NCBI GenBank assembly: GCA_964016885.1
Contig: OZ024756.1
Coordinates: forward strand, 34,720,001-34,784,000
DNA: 64,000 nucleotides
DNA from: Eledone cirrhosa
Taxonomy: Eukaryota
Reading direction: 5' to 3'
In this document: piece by piece, positions 56,679 through 64,000 of the stretch
Layout of the letters: every line of letters starts with the position of its first letter
Numbering within the stretch: position 1 is the first letter of the stretch
The notes under the pieces: model-generated
What the model saw: only the letters and a program-made list of their open reading frames with translations
The model's database searches: none
Told to the model about the DNA's origin: nothing
Program-made: the position numbers and the translations under genes

Positions 56679-56890
56679 GTGCATGGCCGAGTGGTTAGAG
56701 CATTGGATTCGCAATCGTGAGGTTGTGACTTTGATTCCAGGACCGGGCGATGCGTTATGTCCTTGAGCAAGACACTTTATTTCACGTTGCTCCTTCTACC
56801 TGGAGTTGCGATCCATAGAGAGTATTAGCAATTGGAAAAACCAACGGAAACATTGTTTCCTCGGTCTGATTTGACGAAAGTCGATTGACT
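56679..56890 (+). mobile_element. tRNA-derived SINE, same family as 51598-51815
   Basis: Colinear high similarity over about 210 bp. Confidence 0.85.
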
Positions 56891-56891
56891 G

Positions 56892-56936
<45 letters not shown>

Positions 56937-57410
56937 TTAGGTTAATAGGAGTTAGGTGTTGTATACCCGTGTCCCATTAAGGTATTGGCAGCATATATCA
57001 TCATCATCATCATCATCAGCGTTTAACGTCCGTGTTCCACGCTTGCATGGGTTTGGACGGGGGTAGTCCCACTTGAGGCAAGAGTGATTGTCTTGCTCGC
57101 ATAGGACTGTCTGGCAGGTTTTCTACAGTTGGATGCCCTTCCTAACACCAACCACATTTACAGTGTGGGTCTGGGAGGTTTTTACCGTGTTGCCTACACG
57201 GCCACATTACAGCGTGGACTGTGTGTTTTTTTGTCGTGACACCTACACGATCTCATTTGTTTCGGCCTCGATGGCGCGGCACCAACATAACTTTACATAG
57301 AACGGGGTGGTGTGGATGGGGTAGGGGTGGGGGTGGTGGGACGGGGTGTATTTGTTATATATATATATATATAGGGGTTGTATTTGTTATATATATATAT
57401 ATATAGGGGT

Positions 57411-57680
57411 TGTAACGTCCAGTTACTGTAGCTTCACTGGAGTGAGCACTCGATGTGTAATTTCCAGTAAGTATAGAGGTGTAGTGTAATAATAATAAAG
57501 ACTATTTGTTATGTCTTCATTACGTTTATTGATCAGTGACGCATGTTTCGCTATTGATCAGCTCATGGTTCGATCTGTGTCAATCTGGCCCAACTCTGGA
57601 ATCAAAAGCTCATCTGACTTCCGCTGTGGTAATGACATTCTCTCAATAAACGTAATGAAGATATAACAAATTGTCCTTTT
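57411..57680. mobile_element. Hammerhead-cassette element, copy 1
   Basis: Flank tgtaacgtccagttact..., ~33-bp inverted arms, and a hammerhead on the minus strand at 57535-57619 (CAGATGA-GCT...AGC-GAAAC atgc GTC). Confidence 0.7.
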
Positions 57681-58289
57681 TATTTTATATATAAATACAC
57701 ACACACATATGTGTGTGTTTATTGAACAATGAAAATAAAACAAAAGCCAGTGATAGGTTGTTGATTAGTTCATTGTTTTACGATCGTTTCAGATGGTTGA
57801 TTGATCATGGAAGATCGATATATCGATTAGCAGGTAGTGGTTATGTCACTACCTGTTTCTAGTCTTGAATTAACTTGATTCATTCATTGCACCATCTTCC
57901 TTAGAGCCTGAGCAGATTCTTCTAGGAAACCTTACGTGATGAGCACCTACCACAAAATCTATAGCACTCAACACCTAATTTCGCTGAAACCATCTCTTCG
58001 AGACCACATTCAGTTCTAACAATGATATCGGGCCTCAACATAAACAGGTGGAAGCTAATATATATATACATATAAAATTATAGTGGGAGGATAAACAACC
58101 AAATTCTCGAAAAAATATTTATGTTCACAATTGTTTCAAAGGACAAATCACATTTCGATTCTTAAGAACAAAACCTATCAATATTTGAATCAATAGGCCT
58201 AGGTCTAGGTGATATTAAAATCAACCTCATTTCAAAAATATATCTCACTGAGATTGCAAAATTGCAAACTTGACTGTCACCACATATTA

Positions 58290-58328
58290 TGAACCTGAAG
58301 ATTGCGAAAGCATGAAAGTACTTGTTCA
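58290..58328 (+). ncRNA. Complete minimal type I hammerhead motif
   Basis: TGAAC-CTGAAGA-tTGC gaaa GCAt-GAAA-GTAC-TT-GTTCA: 5-bp helix I, GNRA-capped helix II, palindromic helix III AAGTACTT. Confidence 0.8.
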
Positions 58329-59052
58329 ATTAACACTTAGAATTTAATATTCTATCATACTATTTCATTATAATACCATTATAAATTTTAAAGGATTGTA
58401 AATAAAACGAGTAAATCAGACAAAGTTGGAATTCCTCTTATTAATATATATATATATATATATTGTGTGTAGAAGCCTTGTGGTGTTGTTGGTAGTGGTG
58501 ATACCAAGTCACATCATTTACCCCTACACATGAGTGACAATATCTAACAGTGCTTCCTTTGTCTTCAAAATACCTCTAGCCTGAAAATGAACTCAGGTGG
58601 AGGAGGAATGTCAGTAATCTTAGACATCCATTCACTCCCAGGGGACTAGAGAGGTTGATATATTTCAGCCCCTCTCCTCTCCCAAATAGGGTTAGGTATG
58701 ATGATATAGGGATTTCCACTCTGTCCATGTTTGGTCAGATATATATTTATATTATATGTGTATATGTGTATGTATGTTAGCAACAGAGTGGGTAGGGGTG
58801 GTGGTGTTAAACAATGTGACATATTAGGTCTCTCTAATACTAATTGACAGTATTTATGGTCTCCACAAGACTGATGATGGAAAATCAAATACACCATCAC
58901 CATACACCACACCATCACCCATCATTACCACCTGTTGAATTTATCTATTTTTACTGAAATTCCATCTGGTAATGATTAGTAAATATGTAAATTACTTTCC
59001 TGTTTTTTATTCATTCAACATTTTTAAAGGCTTGTCTATTTCTCTCTCTCTC

Positions 59053-59131
<79 letters not shown>

Positions 59132-59294
59132 GATTATAGTTGAACAAATAAAACAAAGCAAGTAGGGATGCAAATAAGTCATTAGGATGTGTATGTATGC
59201 GTATATATATATATATCAAATCATCTAATCTACCTAATATATGTATATTATATATATAAATATGTATATATATATATATATATTATAATGAAAA

Positions 59295-59857
59295 GAGATG
59301 GTTTTATGTACACATCCTCTGTTTATTATATAATCCTGATATGCCTCAAACAATGTCAGATTATTCTGTGATGTGATCAACCTGGTGTTAGATGTGGCAC
59401 CCACTGACCAAATGCCAAGTTCATTGTGCAGAATATTTTCAACTTTCTCGGAAGATATGCTAATTGCATTGGATATTTGATTTATAGTCAGTCATCCATC
59501 ACCATGTGGTGAACCCAACAATGTTTTCTTTGGTGGTGGCTGTTGCAGGACATCCAACCCTTGGGTCATCTTCAAGAGTCTCCTTCCCCCTTCTAAATTC
59601 ATCTGTCTATTGTTGATAAAGCTGGAGCGTCATCCTCTAATCTAGCAACCATGTCAGCATGAATGTCCCTGGGGGCTAAACCCTTTTCCTGCAGGTACTT
59701 GATAACACCATGATACCTTGGTGTTATCAAGTACTAATTGCTTTTGAAGTCTTTTTTTGAGCAGTCAGATGTCCTGGAAAGAAACAATGCAGTTATTAAG
59801 AAGAATTTAGATTAATGCATGGAAGATATCACATCTCTAACCTTCATAGTCAGCCAT
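59295..59857 (-). mobile_element. Mariner transposon fossil (5' part, transposase pseudogene)
   Basis: Minus strand translates YHGVIKYLQEKGLAPRDIHADMVARLEDDAPALSTI...TLEDDPRVGCPATATTKEN...ISNAISISSEKVENILHNELG...WVPHL, with frameshifts. Confidence 0.85.
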
Positions 59858-59882
59858 ATATATATATATATAAGTAATAATC

Positions 59883-60124
59883 AAAAGGACGATTTGTTAC
59901 GTCTTCATTATGTTTATTGAGTAGTGACGCGCGTTTCGCTATTGATCAGCTCAAGGTTCGATCTGTATCGATCTAGACCGACTCTGGAATCATAAGCTCG
60001 TCGGATCTCTGCTGTGGTAATGAAGACATAACAAATCGTCCATATTATTATTATTATTACACTCTGCTTAGTACTACACATCGAGTGCTCACTCTGGTGA
60101 ACCTCCAGTAACTGGATGTTACAA
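59883..60124 (-). mobile_element. Hammerhead-cassette element, copy 2
   Basis: Same flank in reverse, 24-bp inverted arms (59887-59910 and 60018-60041), and a hammerhead at 59923-60007 (CCGACGA-GCT...AGC-GAAAC gcgc GTC). Confidence 0.7.
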
Positions 60125-60176
<52 letters not shown>

Positions 60177-61319
60177 GTATGTATGTATATGTAGTTTCTA
60201 ACTTGCAACAGATGTTCACCAGTTGAAGCACTGAGCCATGGAATATAAACAAAAGTCAGCTGTGTGAAGACACACATTTGACAGGCTTCTACCAAATTTC
60301 ACTCACAAGCCATTAAATATATCTGTGGCTACAGTAGAAGACATTTGGCCAAGGTGCCATACAGTGTGATCAAATGTGACACCATGTGCTTGAGAAGCAA
60401 ACCTCTTAACCACATAACCTTGCCTATACATTACAATATGCAATACACACACACATATATATATGTATGTATTTATATACTTATCACAGCTAAACCTGCA
60501 CCTTACAATATTCAATGTCTATGTGTGTATATCTAGACCATGGCACAGAAACTAAGACAATAAGAACTACAATTTCAAGGATATTTGTTGTTTCGGCCTG
60601 TGTCTATCCTTGTGGGTCATAAGAGGTGACTGAAAGTGTTGGTGCGAGGAAGGGTATCCAGCTATGAAATATTTCCTCAAAGGTGATCCCCACCCTATCA
60701 CCCTTTCCCAAGGAAGGTGACTCTAAAATGCTTGTTGTAGTTACATTCTGTCAAGAAGTAGGTTAAGTGTGTCATGTAATATAAACATATATAAAGCGTA
60801 CTTTCATTTCTTTATATTCTATACCTACTGAATTCAGTATCATATTCACACACAATACACATTTACACACACACACACATTCTCACACATACACCACCGC
60901 CAGCACTACACTACCATTTCTTACCATTGTCCACTATACTATTATAAAATCCTCCCACTTACAACACATCTCACCACACTACCATTTTATACCATTGTTC
61001 ATTATACCACTATCAAATTCTCTCACATAAACCAGACACCAACCACGTGTCTTCATTTGTCACCGATCTTCCTGGTTTTTCAGGGTTTTTCTAAGTTTTA
61101 TTTTCATCTACAAATCTTGTTTAGTTTGCTCTTTAACCACACTACATATTTTCACATTGAGACTAAATATATATATATTTATCAAACATATGTGTATATA
61201 TGATTTACATACACAACAAAATGGCTGACTGAATGCACACGTGCTTTTTCTCATTTTTGCCCTGTTCTTTCCTCTTTTCACGTTTTATCTTTCTATTTCA
61301 TCTTTTATTTCTCATTCTA

Positions 61320-61354
61320 TCTTCCGATGAAGGACTAGTGTTCGAAACGTAAAG
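61320..61354 (+). ncRNA. Family A hammerhead motif (U4 to C variant)
   Basis: CTT-CCGATGA-A-GGAC tagt GTTC-GAAAC-GTA-AAG. Confidence 0.6.
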
Positions 61355-62803
61355 TCTCTTCCTAATATATTGATTTGAAATCGCTGAAGCTCACAGAGAT
61401 GACGACGAAGGACCACAATAAGTAGGGGGAGTTGTGCTGGGAAAAACCTATGCAAGCATGGAAAAGCAAACGTAAAATTATGGTGATGAAAAAGAGGAAA
61501 TAGATTATTGAAGAGAAAGTTCAATCTTCACGTGATTGTCATTGACCACTTGTCTATTGTTAAGACTTTGGTAATCAAACACCACCTGTAATAATATCGG
61601 GTTTATAATACACCTGTCACAGATTGTGTTTATAATTAAATATCACCTATAATAGGATGTTTCTTCCGTGTTTTAAAGATAGAGACCCCCCCCTAGTCTC
61701 ATGATAAGCAACATAAAATGACGTGTTACTGAAAAACACAATCCACTACCTTGTCTACATAATGAACCTACGACCTTACGATTGTGAACCCAACACTCTA
61801 ACTACTTGCCTGCATGACTTTATTTGTGTCTTATTTTGTTTTACTTTACTTTACTGATTAAGCGGTGGTGTATCTCAGCTGAGCTCTGTCAAGGCAAGAT
61901 GTTGAAAATATTGCCTCAAAAATCAACCAGCCCCTCTCCCCGCGAGATGCCCTCCTTCTCATTTTGTGGAGGAAAACGATGATGTTTGGAATATATTTTA
62001 AATGGTCTTACATAAAAATTACGACGGAGAGTTTATAAAATAAACAGCTTTATATTATAAAACCAAGGATGGTTTCAGGCAATTTGTATAAACAGGGTTA
62101 ATGAATGACCCGGGGCGGTTATAGGCTGTTTAATATATGAAGAGTGCTAAATTATTTCCCATTAAAGGGATTATATCTTAGAGCTAGGGACAGTATCAGG
62201 CAGTTCAGTTAGAAAAGGGTTAACGTGTAGCTTTGTTAAAGGCAAGAAGTATTTGAACTTAGGTTTTTCATTTTTATGGATCTTTATTTAGGATTTAGTC
62301 TCTTTTTTACAGATTGGTAGGAATGAAACCATCACCACTGCAACCACCACCACCATCATCATCATAATCATGTTGGTATTGGTTGTTTTGCACTTGCCTG
62401 TTTGACTGGTCTTGCTTCTCTCTCTCTCTCTCTCTCCCTCACTATCTCTTGTCAGCCTTAGGTCACACACACGCATGCACACACACATACAAGTGGTGTC
62501 CTTTAATCTAACCTATATTATCTACTATAGTCACCAAACCACAACGTATATCTACCCACTAAAGTTTCTTTAATCACAATACCTCCAAATACAGCCACAA
62601 TTACATCAACACCACCTACATATATACCACCACCCCCAACAACAACAACTCCATCACAAACAACTATACCAACAACAACAATAGCAGCTGCAACAACAAC
62701 AACAGCAACCCAATAGTTTTCTAATTTTTTTAAATGTATTTAATATCATTCATTGTTGTTTGGGTTTTTTTGTCCGGCTTGTTCAGTGAATGAACAAGCT
62801 GTA

Positions 62804-62849
<46 letters not shown>

Positions 62850-62860
62850 TACAGCTTGTT

Positions 62861-62904
<44 letters not shown>

Positions 62905-63097
62905 TACAGCTTGTTCATTCATATATATACACACACACAGACACAGAGAGACAGACATGTCTGGTTCTCAACTAGTAGCTTGTTTAATGTCAATCAGAAG
63001 TGGGCAACGCACCTATATATATATATATATAAATATATAAATATATATATATATAAATATATATATATAAATATATAAATATATATATATATATATA

Positions 63098-63442
63098 TCA
63101 TCATCATCATCATCATTTCATTTTACGTCCGCTTTTTCCTTGCTTGCAAGGGTGGGACGGGAACTGATTCTGGCTTGATTTCTACAGCTGGATGCCCTTC
63201 CTAACACCAACCTCATTACAGTGAGTGCTGGGTGCTTCTTTGCCGTGGCACCTCCACGACCACTTTGCAGTGGAATGATAGGGACCCCAGTCACCTAACA
63301 TCTCATTTCTACAGCTGAGTAAACTGGAGCAATGTGAAATAAAGTGTCTTGCTCAAGGACACAACACATCACCCGGTTTGAGAATTGAACTCACAACCTT
63401 TCGATTGCAAGGCCAATGCTCTAACCACTAAGCCATGTGCCT

Positions 63443-63444
<2 letters not shown>
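63098..63444 (-). mobile_element. Full-length tRNA-derived SINE with RTE tail
   Basis: ggaggcacatggcttagtgg head, B-box-like segment, central domain, and tail ...cccttgcaagcaaggaaaaagcggacgtaaaatgaa(atg)n. Confidence 0.85.
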
Positions 63445-63501
<57 letters not shown>

Positions 63502-64000
63502 GTGTGTGTGTGTGTGTGTATGTGTGTGTATATATATATGTGTGTGTATATATATATATATATATAATGTGTGTGTGTGTGAAAATATACACATACACTC
63601 GTAAAATAAAACATCATGTGACAACCAGTTTGCGCTAACTTTGACTGGGGAAATGATTTGGTATCCACCTACCTATCTCTCACACATATTTGACAAGATG
63701 TCCAGTGGCCATGCAATGGCTATCTATAGCTACCTACCTATATACCTATCTATCTTTAGACAATGCAACTCCTCCATGTCTGTCCGTCAGATCGTCCGCC
63801 TGTCAATCGATAGTTATCTATGTGTATCTACCAATATGTATCTATTTTTGGACAAGTTCAACAAAGCCCAAATTCCAATAGCAGTCCAAAAATAGGTGGG
63901 ACAAAGCCATCGTTGTTCAGTGAATATTTGTTTGATGATGATTAAAGAAAGTGCGGAAGAAAATTATTATATATATGAATGTGAAAGAGACCAAAGGTCA

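Noticed and set aside
58500-58900. Possible decayed P-loop or helicase coding fragment on the minus strand
   Set aside because: Only a GQSG-like hint; too degenerate to support.

Overview
AT-rich, microsatellite-saturated animal genomic DNA. The (TA)n/(CA)n/(CAT)n/(TATG)n density and the SINE and RTE repeat types suggest an octopod cephalopod; this is inference, not a database result. Nearly all listed ORFs are simple-repeat artefacts. Real coding content is (i) three spliced terminal exons of an unidentified gene (1-34, 681-766, 1522-1611, +) and (ii) a 2.28-kb coding exon (20129-22405, +) with five CxxC...FPF(L/I)...CxxC...Q(W/F) repeats, resembling the Plexus family. It is followed by an apparent intron of more than 41 kb. 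The rest is tRNA-derived SINEs, RTE LINE ends, Penelope-like (GIY-YIG) remnants, a mariner fossil, MITEs and minisatellites. The most striking hidden signal is about 12 type I hammerhead-ribozyme motifs of at least five sequence types. They include minimal cores with a palindromic helix III, mirror-image hammerhead palindromes, and a hammerhead cassette with a long helix II found in both orientations between inverted arms. A second recurring signal is fold-back duplication centred on (TA)n tracts. All folds were done by eye and none is experimentally tested.
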